DNA of 64,000 nucleotides from Coxiellaceae bacterium (GTDB lineage Bacteria; Pseudomonadota; Gammaproteobacteria; Coxiellales; Coxiellaceae): NCBI GenBank assembly GCA_029212925.1, contig JARGOB010000005.1, positions 95,663 to 159,662 of the forward strand, read 5' to 3'. Shown piece by piece: positions 1 to 9,291 of this stretch (position 1 is its first letter; each line of letters starts with the position of its first letter). The notes under the pieces were generated by a model. It saw only the letters and a program-made list of their open reading frames with translations, ran no database searches and was not told where the DNA came from. The position numbers and the translations under genes were made by a program.

Positions 1-713
1 ATACGCGCCTCTAAACTATCAAATGGCGCATAGTCAGGCACACGCTTTAAACCAACTGCTATGATAGGCCTGGCTTCTTCGACACGATTATCCGACAGTA
101 ATATCGTCGCTAACAGTTGCCGCGCGTCTAAATTTTTTGGATCCCTCACCAATAGCTCTTTCAATAAATCAATCGCCTTATCATCATCGCTATTATCCAT
201 TGCATTTTGTGCATCTGCATATAGCGACTCAATTTTCTCTTTTGGCGCAAGCGGCACAATTTTCTTTACCGCTACATTTTCATTCACCTCAGCTGGCTGA
301 CGCATGGCACTAGGAGATACGACCACCTGTTGTGCTTTTGGCAGTGTAATCGCTGTTGATGCTGGAGCATGAACAGGCATAGGTGCAGGTGCAACTGCTA
401 ACGTTGGCACCGACGTCACCTTTGACTTTGTTGTCTGTAAAGCAGCAGCTGTGGTTTGTATGGCGTTAACCAAAGCTTGTTGCTTTGCCTGAGCCATTGG
501 CTGATTAACTAATTTATTATCGTGGCGTGAAGGAATTAACCAAGCAGCCAGTGCTACCATTAAAACAGCAAGGAGTAATAACCAAGCTGGATGAAGTCGT
601 AATCCCGCCCCCCCCTGCTTGACCGAGCGCAGCTTTCGCAATACAGAAAAACCTTTGTCATTACGCTGTCGGCCGGCTTCAAGGTCTTTTAACATTTGGT
701 TAATCAAACTCAT
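1..713 (-). CDS. mshN: MSHA pilus biogenesis TPR protein MshN-like, N-terminal part (gene continues beyond window start)
   Basis: Minus-strand frame opens at ATG 713-711 (ATGA overlap with the mshM stop at 712-710) and has no stop down to position 1. My translation starts MSLINQMLKDLEAGRQRNDKGF. It continues with one TM segment (AWLLLLAVLMVALAAWLI) and then TPR-like helices (AIDLLKELLVRDPKNLDARQLLATILL). Its position after mshM matches the Vibrio-type mshIJKLMN order. It is absent from the ORF track because it is open-ended; track ORF 61..300(+) is its antisense shadow. Confidence 0.6.
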   Translation of the reverse strand, partial: MSLINQMLKDLEAGRQRNDKGFSVLRKLRSVKQGGAGLRLHPAWLLLLAVLMVALAAWLIPSRHDNKLVNQPMAQAKQQALVNAIQTTAAALQTTKSKVTSVPTLAVAPAPMPVHAPASTAITLPKAQQVVVSPSAMRQPAEVNENVAVKKIVPLAPKEKIESLYADAQNAMDNSDDDKAIDLLKELLVRDPKNLDARQLLATILLSDNRVEEARPIIAVGLKRVPDYAPFDSLEAR

Positions 714-1621
714 CCATGTATCCCTAGCTTAGTCACTAAAATAATTAGTATCCCCATTAAAATAATGCCTATAGCTGCCAAACCAAAAGGTAGCCAATTA
801 CGATTATTACGTCGAATGCTTTCAGTATCACCAATCGCTGACTTCATATATTCTCGATTCACTTCTCGATCTGCACGCCCAAAAGCGACCATCAACGCCT
901 TATCACATAAAATATTAATCACTCGTGGTATACCTTGACTCGCCTTATACAACAAGTCAACCGAATGACGATTGAACAATGAGCCGTGTGTAAAACCAGC
1001 CATTGCCAACCGATGGCACAGGTATGAATCTAAATCTGCACGGCTTAATGGCTGCAAACGATAAGCAAAAACAATGCGCTGCTTTAGCTGCCATAAATCA
1101 GGATCGTCGAGACGCAAATCCAATTGTGGCTGCCCCAACATTACAATCTGTAATAAATGCGAAGACTCGGTTTGTAGGTTCGTGAATAAACGCAATGTCT
1201 CTAAACATTTATTTGATAGCGCTTGTGCTTCATCAATAATCATAACGACATGTTTACCTTCGCTATAATATTGTATTAATTTTTTATTGATCAATTCATG
1301 TAGTTCATATGGCGTTATTGATGCTTTAAAGTCAACACCCAGTTCTCGCGCCAAAGCCTTGCATAAACCCAACGGTTTTAAATCTGGATTAGGTAAGTAC
1401 GCCGTAACAAATGGATCTTCCAAAGCTGCCAATAACATACGGCATAACATTGTCTTACCAGCTCCCACTTCACCGGTAATTTTGATAAAACCATCCCCAC
1501 GGTGCACACTGGTTAACACAACATTTAGCGCTTCAATATGTCCTGGTAATTCGCAAAAAAATTGCGTATTCGGCGTTAATGAAAACGGCTGGTCTTTTAA
1601 ATTAAAATGCTCCAAGTACAT
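710..1621 (-). CDS. mshM: MSHA biogenesis ATPase MshM (ExeA/GspA-like AAA)
   Basis: 303 aa. Walker A GEVGAGKT, Walker B-like VVMIIDEAQ, C-terminal TM anchor. Lies between the secretin gene and mshN. Confidence 0.8.
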   Translation of the reverse strand: MYLEHFNLKDQPFSLTPNTQFFCELPGHIEALNVVLTSVHRGDGFIKITGEVGAGKTMLCRMLLAALEDPFVTAYLPNPDLKPLGLCKALARELGVDFKASITPYELHELINKKLIQYYSEGKHVVMIIDEAQALSNKCLETLRLFTNLQTESSHLLQIVMLGQPQLDLRLDDPDLWQLKQRIVFAYRLQPLSRADLDSYLCHRLAMAGFTHGSLFNRHSVDLLYKASQGIPRVINILCDKALMVAFGRADREVNREYMKSAIGDTESIRRNNRNWLPFGLAAIGIILMGILIILVTKLGIHG

Positions 1622-1638
1622 AACATTATCTCCTTGAA

Positions 1639-3498
1639 CTATTTATAGCCCGGGTCATAAGCGGCCTTTTTACGTTGTTGTACCACAGGTTTAGGCGCTG
1701 GTGCCATTTTCGGTTGTGGTTGTGGTGCAGGCCGCGGTTTAGGAAATAACCCTTTTGGCTTCGAAACAGTATATTGGAACGATGGCTTAGCCGTATTAAA
1801 GCCCCTTTGTGCTGACTTCATATCACGATTCCAACTATTACGCCTTACGATTCTCGCGCGCAATAAAATTACTAACTCATTTTTTGTCGCTTTAAAATTA
1901 TTACGACTAAATAGCGGCTTAAATACCGTTTGATCAACGCCGGGTGTCGTACCCACATTGTTATTACTTAAATCTTCCATCAAACCACCAATAACAATCA
2001 CCTGACCATCTTTTGCTTTCACCACACTGTCCGACTCACGCACCGTTGTTTTAGCCAAAGGTAGATCTTGCTCTTTATTACTGACCGTAAACTTACGCTG
2101 ATCCTCTTCTACCCGACTAACAATCGGATGGATATGCAAGGTAATATTACCGTTTGGCCCAATCTGCGGTGTGACGTCTAACGCAATACCTGAAAAGAAC
2201 GGTGTCAGCTCAATATCCTGAGTATTATTGCCGGCGATCGTTCCCGCCGTGGTGGTATCAGCAATATCAGTCACAAAGAACTGATCACCACCGACTTTGA
2301 TAATCGCTTTTTGATTATTCAATGTCGCAATGCGCGGGCTTGATAACACCTGTACCCGACCTTGCGTGCCTAATAACTGCATCACTACGTTAAAGCCATT
2401 GCCGGCTCGCGCAGTTGCACTAAATATTCCAGAAAAATCGGTAAGCTGCGTATTTGCCAATGTAGTGTTATCAACAGCTAAACCTAAAATATTCCAGTTA
2501 ATGCCCGATTGATAAGTTGCATTTAATGCGACTTCCATTACCTTAGCTTCTAATATTACCTGACGATCTAAAATATTTTGCGTGCTATCAAGGTAATGTG
2601 CTACTTGGCGCAGTTCATTGGGGTAAGCACGTACAATGACCACACCCGCTTGTGGGTTTACCATTACTTTGCGACCATCTTTTTTGCCAATGATAGTGTG
2701 TAATGTGTGATTCAATGTCGTCCAAAAATCTGACTGTTGCGTGGTACGCACGGCACTATTATTATCATTTTGCAATTCACTACCGCGACCAGGAACATTA
2801 CTTGAATTTTGCCCGTTGGCACCACTGCCACCACCTAAAAGACTACCGATAGATGATGCTGGCGATGCGACATTAGTGCCTCGACTACCATTACGTGAGC
2901 CGCCACTACCATTACCATTTTCACCATCACCATCACCTGAAGAGAGCTGTGAAGCTGTCACACTGGTCTCAGAAATACCACGACGGTTAATGTCTAAATA
3001 GTTAACAGTAAACATTTGCGTTTCAAGCGCATCTGGCAAAATGTGGTAACCAAATTCGGTTTGTTTATAGCCGTAATTGTAGGCTTGGCAAGTGGCATCT
3101 ATCGCCTCAGGAATCGTGACGTTTTTTAATGCAATGGTGATATTACCTGTGACTTTAGGTGATACGATCACATTATAATGCGTACCTTTCACCAGCCCCT
3201 GGAAAAAGTCATTCACTGGCATAGCTTTGACTGAAATATCAAAACGCTTATTGCGTGTATTCACATTAATGCGCTTTAAACGCAAATTCGGTATTAAACT
3301 GGCATTAATCGCACGTGGCACCGCTTTATTTGATTCACTGTCAGTACCATTATTCACTGCCATGCCATGATTAAGTGCTTTGGTGATTTCATCTTGAATA
3401 TTATTTTCTTTCGGAGAGTGCACAGTACATGCAGACAATAGGCAACCCAACATTGCTGCCATTATTAATATCATCCATTTGTTTAGCCATTTCTTCAT
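1639..3498 (-). CDS. mshL: MSHA pilus secretin lipoprotein MshL
   Basis: 619 aa. Lipobox LLSAC. Secretin C-domain motifs VLSSPRIATLNNQKAIIKVG, TPFFSGIALDVTPQI, VIVIGGLM...TPGV and ELVILLRARIV. Carries a G/S/N-rich low-complexity insert and a Pro-rich C-terminal tail. Confidence 0.85.
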   Translation of the reverse strand: MKKWLNKWMILIMAAMLGCLLSACTVHSPKENNIQDEITKALNHGMAVNNGTDSESNKAVPRAINASLIPNLRLKRINVNTRNKRFDISVKAMPVNDFFQGLVKGTHYNVIVSPKVTGNITIALKNVTIPEAIDATCQAYNYGYKQTEFGYHILPDALETQMFTVNYLDINRRGISETSVTASQLSSGDGDGENGNGSGGSRNGSRGTNVASPASSIGSLLGGGSGANGQNSSNVPGRGSELQNDNNSAVRTTQQSDFWTTLNHTLHTIIGKKDGRKVMVNPQAGVVIVRAYPNELRQVAHYLDSTQNILDRQVILEAKVMEVALNATYQSGINWNILGLAVDNTTLANTQLTDFSGIFSATARAGNGFNVVMQLLGTQGRVQVLSSPRIATLNNQKAIIKVGGDQFFVTDIADTTTAGTIAGNNTQDIELTPFFSGIALDVTPQIGPNGNITLHIHPIVSRVEEDQRKFTVSNKEQDLPLAKTTVRESDSVVKAKDGQVIVIGGLMEDLSNNNVGTTPGVDQTVFKPLFSRNNFKATKNELVILLRARIVRRNSWNRDMKSAQRGFNTAKPSFQYTVSKPKGLFPKPRPAPQPQPKMAPAPKPVVQQRKKAAYDPGYK

Positions 3499-3905
3499 GT
3501 TTTTTGCTTCGTTTTAGTTTTAGTTTGTTTTTTAGTAGCAGCGCTGTTTTTGTCTTTTTTCTCAGCAACCGGTTCGCGTACTGTTGGATACATATTCAGC
3601 ACTATCTCGCCAGCTGTTCCTTGCAACACCACTTTGTCAGGTTTAATATCCGTTATGACCGCACCCGACAGTGTATCACCGAGTGTATAACTTTTTCCAT
3701 CCACTACAATCGTTGAATTATCTTTACTTAAATAAATAGCCTGTATATTAATATTTTTATTGAACGCTTGCAGCTCATAAGAAGCACCAGGTGGCTGCGT
3801 TGGATCTCGCAACACTTGCGCTGTACCAGCTTTAGCAAATACACCACCAACCAGCATGCAGCCGATCGCCAGCAGCATCAGCCTCACCCAAGCGCTACAA
3901 ATCAT
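3495..3905 (-). CDS. mshK: MshK-like small pilus biogenesis protein
   Basis: 136 aa with an N-terminal hydrophobic segment. Overlaps the mshL start by 4 nt and the mshJ stop by 11 nt. Assigned from its position in the msh order only. Confidence 0.45.
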   Translation of the reverse strand: MICSAWVRLMLLAIGCMLVGGVFAKAGTAQVLRDPTQPPGASYELQAFNKNINIQAIYLSKDNSTIVVDGKSYTLGDTLSGAVITDIKPDKVVLQGTAGEIVLNMYPTVREPVAEKKDKNSAATKKQTKTKTKQKT

Positions 3906-4533
3906 CAGGCTTCTCGCTGAGCGTATGTAACTCCAACGTTACGTTTGCGTTAGGATATTTGCTTACTTTGTAAACTATTTTATCCCAGAATAAACGCCAA
4001 GGCAGTATCTCCATTTGCTCTAAGTAAGCCATCGTGGCAAAATAATCACCAATGAACTTTATTTCTACGCCATGTCTATACAATGGACTGCCCGCTTGCT
4101 TAGCTTCCTCTTCTTCTTCATCTGGTAAGATATCAATGCTGGTAATCTCAATATTCGACGCCTTTACCGTAATATCTCTTATGGCGCTCATCAAACCTTG
4201 TGAGGACAATAATTGTGTGCTGTATACCTTTAATTCTTTATTCAATTTAGTGACATCATCCTGCAGCTTTTTCTGCTTTCTTTTAATTTCATCGTTGGGA
4301 TCTTTGGCTAATCGCGCATTTTGCAACAGAATATCATCTTGAAAGGTTTGCTGTTCACGCTTTACCACCGCGATTTTCGCTTTGTACATCACTTGTTTTT
4401 GCTCAACTAAATCCCAGATCACCCAATACCATATCCCTGCAATCACCACCAGCAGTGATGCCACTGCTAATAGCTGCTCTCGCTTGACCATGCCCTCATA
4501 ATAATCCAACACTTTTTGCCAAAATGCCGCCAT
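3895..4533 (-). CDS. mshJ: MshJ (PilO-like) pilus assembly protein
   Basis: 212 aa. N-terminal TM (LLAVASLLVVIAGIWYWVIW) followed by a coiled coil, which is PilO-like architecture. Translationally coupled to its neighbours. Confidence 0.6.
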   Translation of the reverse strand: MAAFWQKVLDYYEGMVKREQLLAVASLLVVIAGIWYWVIWDLVEQKQVMYKAKIAVVKREQQTFQDDILLQNARLAKDPNDEIKRKQKKLQDDVTKLNKELKVYSTQLLSSQGLMSAIRDITVKASNIEITSIDILPDEEEEEAKQAGSPLYRHGVEIKFIGDYFATMAYLEQMEILPWRLFWDKIVYKVSKYPNANVTLELHTLSEKPDDL

Positions 4534-5141
4534 TACTTGCTCTCCAATAAGCTACGAGACGTAGCCAACTCAAAACGTAATTGTTTTGTTTTTTCATCTT
4601 TATCTACGTCCAAATGTTTGAACCGTAACTTAGCAAATAACGCATTGTCATGCAGTTGCCCTGCGAATTGCGCCACTAACGCCGTTGAATCGGCCATGCC
4701 AATCAATACAATGCCTTCATCACCTATTTGAAACTCAGTGAGCCAGACACCGTCTGGTATTTTTTCGGATAATGCTTTGAAGTAACCCGAATACCCTTTA
4801 ACGTTTGCTTTATCTTCACCATTAATCAGTGCCACTAATTTAGAGCGAGATTCAATGTTTTTTGCCAGCGCATCCACACGCTGCTGTAATTCAGAATTCA
4901 CTTGCTTCGGTGATGCAGCTTTTAGCTTTTCCACTTGCTTGGCCAATTGATCTCTTTTTTTTGTGACCGTATTTAACTCACCCTTGGTGGTAAACATTGA
5001 CCATAAACCCAAACCAAAAAGCAAAACCAATAACACACACCACCAGATAACAATTTTTTTTACTGTAGCTACCGGTAAATAAACCTCTATCTCAGGCGGC
5101 TCCAGCATGGTAAGTAAATTGACATCTTGCCTATTCGCCAT
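4533..5141 (-). CDS. MshI C-terminal-half-like (PilN-like) fimbrial assembly protein
   Basis: Likely start is MANRQDVNLL at 5141. It has a single TM followed by a coiled coil. Sits between the PilM-like gene and mshJ. Confidence 0.5.
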   Translation of the reverse strand: MANRQDVNLLTMLEPPEIEVYLPVATVKKIVIWWCVLLVLLFGLGLWSMFTTKGELNTVTKKRDQLAKQVEKLKAASPKQVNSELQQRVDALAKNIESRSKLVALINGEDKANVKGYSGYFKALSEKIPDGVWLTEFQIGDEGIVLIGMADSTALVAQFAGQLHDNALFAKLRFKHLDVDKDEKTKQLRFELATSRSLLESK

Positions 5142-6081
5142 TTGCACCCCCTCCCGGCCATGCCGCACCTAAACAGGCAAACGCTTGGCTTTGTTCATCG
5201 GGTGATACTTGACCTGTAAACTCACAATAAGCACTCAGATCAAAAGGTATTATTGAGGCAGCAGATAATGTGGCAGCTAATTCTGCATTAGCTTGTTTTA
5301 ACGGCGCAAAGAAAGTGACCTCAGGTGTTTTTTGACGCAGTTGCTCAATATAATATTTGATTGAACGCTGCTCTTCTTCAATCAAGCGCGATGGCTCTTG
5401 CTGACCAGACTCTAATTGGCGTAAGCCCAAGTTAATGGTACGCATCATAGCAATCTGCTGATGGTCTGTTGCCATAATCAGTGAACGCGAATCACCCAGT
5501 TGCAATAGTGCAACTGGCTGTTGTTCACTAAGCGCCATCAAATTACGTAAGGCAATTTCTTGAATGGTAATTTTAACCAAGTTCAATCCCGATGCATCAA
5601 TCACCTGCTTGAAAGATTTAAGGTATTCTTTTTGTGCTACCACCACATGTAATTTATTTTTCTGCGAGGTCAAACTACTGGCTGGCTCAAACGCATCCAA
5701 CACGGCTGACTCAGCAGGAAAATCTATCATGTCTTTTATCAACCATTGTGCAGCTGCTGCATACTCCGTCGGTGGCACTTGTGGTCGATCAATCAGTAAC
5801 ATGCGGTAATCGTTAGCATGCAACACCCAGCAGCAATCACTACCGGCAAGCCCCAGCTGTTCAACGGTGCTGTTTAAAGTCTTAGAAAATTCTTCTTGTG
5901 AGATACCACGCGTGAATTGACACAATGGGCAAATGACTTTTTCACCATCGGCCACTAAACGCACCAAAGACATGCCATCCACACCAATTTCAATCGCCAC
6001 CATGCCTGCAGGCTTGACTTTTTCCTTGTGCAGTAATTTTCTTAACGATGTTATTGACTTCAAATTAAACAATGGTGCCAT
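5131..6081 (-). CDS. mshI: MshI N-terminal-half-like (PilM-like) pilus assembly protein
   Basis: Likely start is MAPLFNLKS at 6081. About 316 aa and cytoplasmic. It is the first gene of the co-oriented msh block. Assigned by position and size; motif support is weak. Confidence 0.5.
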   Translation of the reverse strand: MAPLFNLKSITSLRKLLHKEKVKPAGMVAIEIGVDGMSLVRLVADGEKVICPLCQFTRGISQEEFSKTLNSTVEQLGLAGSDCCWVLHANDYRMLLIDRPQVPPTEYAAAAQWLIKDMIDFPAESAVLDAFEPASSLTSQKNKLHVVVAQKEYLKSFKQVIDASGLNLVKITIQEIALRNLMALSEQQPVALLQLGDSRSLIMATDHQQIAMMRTINLGLRQLESGQQEPSRLIEEEQRSIKYYIEQLRQKTPEVTFFAPLKQANAELAATLSAASIIPFDLSAYCEFTGQVSPDEQSQAFACLGAAWPGGGANGE

Positions 6082-6167
6082 CCTAGCTCGGGCAAACTCA
6101 ATTGAGTATACCTTATATACCACGATAGCTTAAGCGATTAAATAACAGCCTTAGCAAAGCTCCGTGC

Positions 6168-7118
6168 TTACGACAAGGATTGATAGGATGTTTTATCAAA
6201 ATTAATTTTACTCAAATCAAAACAGCGCGGACGCTGATTAATTGCCGAACGGAAACACAACTGTGGTGCTGTGTTATTTCGAACCACTTGCCAGCGTGTT
6301 GGCCATTTTGCACCAGGTGGTTGAGCCGCTGTCGACAACCCTACCCACATCAAACTGAACTGACCCCAACGCGTTGTTGGCACGTGGTTAGCCTGTAAAA
6401 AATCACCGGCCTTAATAAATCGCGTCATCGATTCATAACCAGCTGGCCAACGCTTATCCAAAGGCTGTGCCGATACAGCACGCCATTGCTTTAATGCTTC
6501 TGCATAGGGTGTATTAGTCAGTGCACGCAACGGCATTGACTTACCGCTATGTATTTTTACTTTACCCTTAAGAAACTCAACCACCGCCGTGTGGCCACCC
6601 GCATCATTGAGCATAAAATGTAACGGCGTGGTTTTACCCTTGTAAACTGTCGCCACTACAGGCAACGTTTTTACTGCCTTTAGCGCTTGCGCCACTGTGG
6701 CGTAGCGGTCCATCAAGTATTGGCCTAACATCGCGGCTCCCAACGCTGGTTTTTGTGCACTCACTGCCGGATACTGCGTATCATCCAGCTCCAACACCGC
6801 TACCGATAAACCCTTTTGATTAATGCCATCAATTACCGCCGCAGGGTTAGGTTTACCTTGCCACGCCATCGTAATCGTTACACTGCCATATTTGCTTTTC
6901 CACTGCAGTGGCTTGTATTTTTTTGCAATGCTTAGTGCTTTACGCTCAACGCCTGGTGGATTCACTACGGCAAACGCTTGACCATCATCCCAGTCAAAAT
7001 TTCGCCCTGAAAACCATTGCCCTTGATAACTACGCGCCACCGCCGTACAAGCCATTGCGCTATTTGTTATTAGCAACAACAACCCCAACCCCGTCAATAT
7101 TTTGTACAAATAACGCAT
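6168..7118 (-). CDS. Secreted Ntn hydrolase, choloylglycine hydrolase / penicillin V acylase family
   Basis: Signal peptide ends ...NSAMA, directly followed by the nucleophile Cys (CTAV). GRNFDW motif is present. SD GAGGAA favours the ATG at 7118. Confidence 0.7.
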   Translation of the reverse strand: MRYLYKILTGLGLLLLITNSAMACTAVARSYQGQWFSGRNFDWDDGQAFAVVNPPGVERKALSIAKKYKPLQWKSKYGSVTITMAWQGKPNPAAVIDGINQKGLSVAVLELDDTQYPAVSAQKPALGAAMLGQYLMDRYATVAQALKAVKTLPVVATVYKGKTTPLHFMLNDAGGHTAVVEFLKGKVKIHSGKSMPLRALTNTPYAEALKQWRAVSAQPLDKRWPAGYESMTRFIKAGDFLQANHVPTTRWGQFSLMWVGLSTAAQPPGAKWPTRWQVVRNNTAPQLCFRSAINQRPRCFDLSKINFDKTSYQSLS

Positions 7119-7172
7119 TATCATTTCCTCAAAATTGTTGTATCATTCCGTCAAACGATATGGAGTAACAGT

Positions 7173-7688
7173 ATGACGATTTTACGTATTTTACAATATC
7201 CCGATCCGCGCCTAAAAACGAAGGGGTATGAAGTAAAAGATTTTGGCGCTGACACACAAAAAATTATCGACGACATGTTCGAAACGCACTATGCGGCGGA
7301 AAACTGTGCCGCGCTGGCTGCGACGCAATTGGATATCGACCCACCACCGCATATCACCGTGATTGACTTTTCACCTGAGAAAAATCAGCCATTCTGTATT
7401 GTAAATGGCCAAGTGACCGCGCGCGATGGTGAGACCAACACCGAAGAAGGCTGCATGTCAGTTGGCGGCGGCGATGGCAGCGGCCCTTATGAAAAGGTAA
7501 AACGTGCCGAAACCATTACGGTGAAAGGTCAAAATCGCCATGGCGAATCGTTCGAAATGGAAGCGGATGGCTTTATGGCCAAATGCATCCAGCACGAGCT
7601 TGATCACCTCGAGGGCAAAATTTTCCTAGATCATTTGTCGGGCTTGAAGAAGAAGCGGGTTGACAAGAAAATCGGTAAAATGAAATAA
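7173..7688 (+). CDS. def: Peptide deformylase
   Basis: 171 aa. Motifs AATQ, EGCMS and QHELDHL. Has a Gly-rich insert (VGGGDGSGPYEK) after motif 2. It is not adjacent to fmt in this window. Confidence 0.9.
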   Translation: MTILRILQYPDPRLKTKGYEVKDFGADTQKIIDDMFETHYAAENCAALAATQLDIDPPPHITVIDFSPEKNQPFCIVNGQVTARDGETNTEEGCMSVGGGDGSGPYEKVKRAETITVKGQNRHGESFEMEADGFMAKCIQHELDHLEGKIFLDHLSGLKKKRVDKKIGKMK

Positions 7689-7693
7689 CTCAC

Positions 7694-7777
7694 GTCATTG
7701 CGAGGAGCTTGCGACAAAGCAATCCAAGCTTTAATCCTAAGATTGTTTCAGCCTTCTAACGAAGACTTCGCAATGAC
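7694..7777. repeat. Inverted-repeat element downstream of def
   Basis: GTCATTGCGA (7694-7703) is complementary to TCGCAATGAC (7768-7777). Nested short palindromes (GCTTG...CAAGC) lie between them. Confidence 0.6.
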
Positions 7778-7967
7778 AAACTCAGCAGCAGCATAAGTAA
7801 GCCTTACTCAATATACGCCAAAGATCCGCTCCTAACTTAAGAGGGCCAGATTTGAATGTAGATTGGACAAAGCATGCTAATAAAAGTGAGGAAGTTTATA
7901 TAACATAAACGACGATTTTTTATGAGCATGCTTTATTCAATATACGCCAAAGATGGCACTCTTAAGC

Positions 7968-8240
7968 GCAGCTCGCTGTTGATATCAACTACCTAGGCTG
8001 ATAGCAACAGATGAGATGCAAGGCAAAAGTGACCGAGTAACCGGAATGTATATGAACATACATGAGGATTACGACGAAGCTTTTAACGCCGCAGCTCGCT
8101 GTTGATATCAACTACCTAGGCTGATAGCAACAGATGAGATGCAAGGCAAAAGTGACCGAGTAACCGGAATGTATATGAACATACATGAGGATTACGACGA
8201 AGCTTTTAACGCCGCAGCTCGCTGTTGATATCAGCCTAGG
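7968..8240. repeat. Tandem repeat, 123-bp unit x about 2.2
   Basis: GCAGCTCGCTGTTGATATCA starts at 7968, 8091 and 8214, giving a period of 123. The two full units are essentially identical. Units contain the palindromes GTTGATATCAAC and ATGTAT..ATACAT. The last partial unit overlaps the hemJ stop. An upstream 17-mer, CAATATACGCCAAAGAT, recurs at 7809 and 7938. Confidence 0.9.
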
Positions 8241-8655
8241 GCTTAACTACCACTAAAATGATGATAACGATCAGCAATATGCTGGGAACTTCGTTAAACC
8301 AGCGGAACCACTTATGGCTATGTTTATTGGCATCTTGCTTGAAGATGCTGACTAATCGACCACAATACAGTGTGTAAAGCCACAAAACGATCACTAGAAT
8401 CAACTTGGCATGCATCCACATCAGCTGCCAATAAAAAGCATGCTTTGGGATTAACAGCCATAAACCAAAGATTGAGGTTAAAACGGCTGAGGGCAGCGTA
8501 ATCGCATAATACAACTTTCGCTCCATAACCTTAAATCTTTGATTACTAATGCTATCTTTGGCATCTGCATGATATACAAACAGCCTTGGTAAATAGAATA
8601 GGCCGGCAAACCAGCAGACCATAAAGATAATATGAAACGCTTCAACCCATAGCAT
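8236..8655 (-). CDS. hemJ: Protoporphyrinogen IX oxidase HemJ family membrane protein
   Basis: 139 aa with 4 TM segments. The N-terminus FHIIFMVCWFAGLFYLPRLFVYH is typical of the HemJ/UPF0093 family. Confidence 0.75.
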   Translation of the reverse strand: MLWVEAFHIIFMVCWFAGLFYLPRLFVYHADAKDSISNQRFKVMERKLYYAITLPSAVLTSIFGLWLLIPKHAFYWQLMWMHAKLILVIVLWLYTLYCGRLVSIFKQDANKHSHKWFRWFNEVPSILLIVIIILVVVKP

Positions 8656-8804
8656 TTTTTAGACCCTTTGTTTGCGAGAATGGCAGTGATAATAACGACT
8701 TAAACAAGTTCACGCCACCCCCTTGCGGCAATGCTCACGCAATGGGATAATCTGCGCCATACTTTACATAAGTCACATATTAAGAGCGAAAGCTGGAGCG
8801 ACAC

Positions 8805-9203
8805 ATGCAAACCTTAGCCACTGAAGATCTCGTATTTACTGACGCTGCTGCTGAAAAAGTGTTTGAACTAATTGAAGACGAAGGCAACTCGGCACTGAAC
8901 CTGCGCGTATTTATCACTGGCGGCGGTTGTTCTGGCTTTCAGTATGGCTTTACGTTTGATGAAAAACTGAATGATGATGATTTTGTTGTTGAAAAGCAGG
9001 TGCAACCCAGCACAAAACAAGATGACGAAGGCGATAGCGGCGAAGGTTCAACCACCATTAAACTGCTTGTTGATCCGATGAGCTTTCAATATTTACGCGG
9101 CGCTGAAGTCGATTACCGCGAAGACATTAATGGCGCGCAATTCATTATTCGCAATCCTAACGCGAAAACCACATGTGGTTGTGGCTCTTCATTCTCCACC
9201 TAA
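8805..9203 (+). CDS. erpA: Iron-sulfur cluster insertion protein ErpA/IscA family
   Basis: Motifs [15 protein letters not shown] and a C-terminal CGCGSSF. Carries an acidic insert of about 20 aa ([20 protein letters not shown]). Confidence 0.85.
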   Translation: MQTLATEDLVFTDAAAEKVFELIEDEGNSALNLRVFITGGGCSGFQYGFTFDEKLNDDDFVVEKQVQPSTKQDDEGDSGEGSTTIKLLVDPMSFQYLRGAEVDYREDINGAQFIIRNPNAKTTCGCGSSFST

Positions 9204-9291
9204 GAACTCACTGCTGTTATACAATTAGACATTCACACCACGAATAGCCCAGCATTGATAATAACAATACAATAGCACCAACAACTCCAGC

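Noticed and set aside
61-300. Track ORF 61..300 (+), and similarly 696..938, 1003..1185, 1074..1268 and 1287..1637 (+), as genes
   Set aside because: They lie antisense to the well-supported mshN and mshM frames, have no recognisable motifs and have low-complexity composition. They are shadow ORFs.
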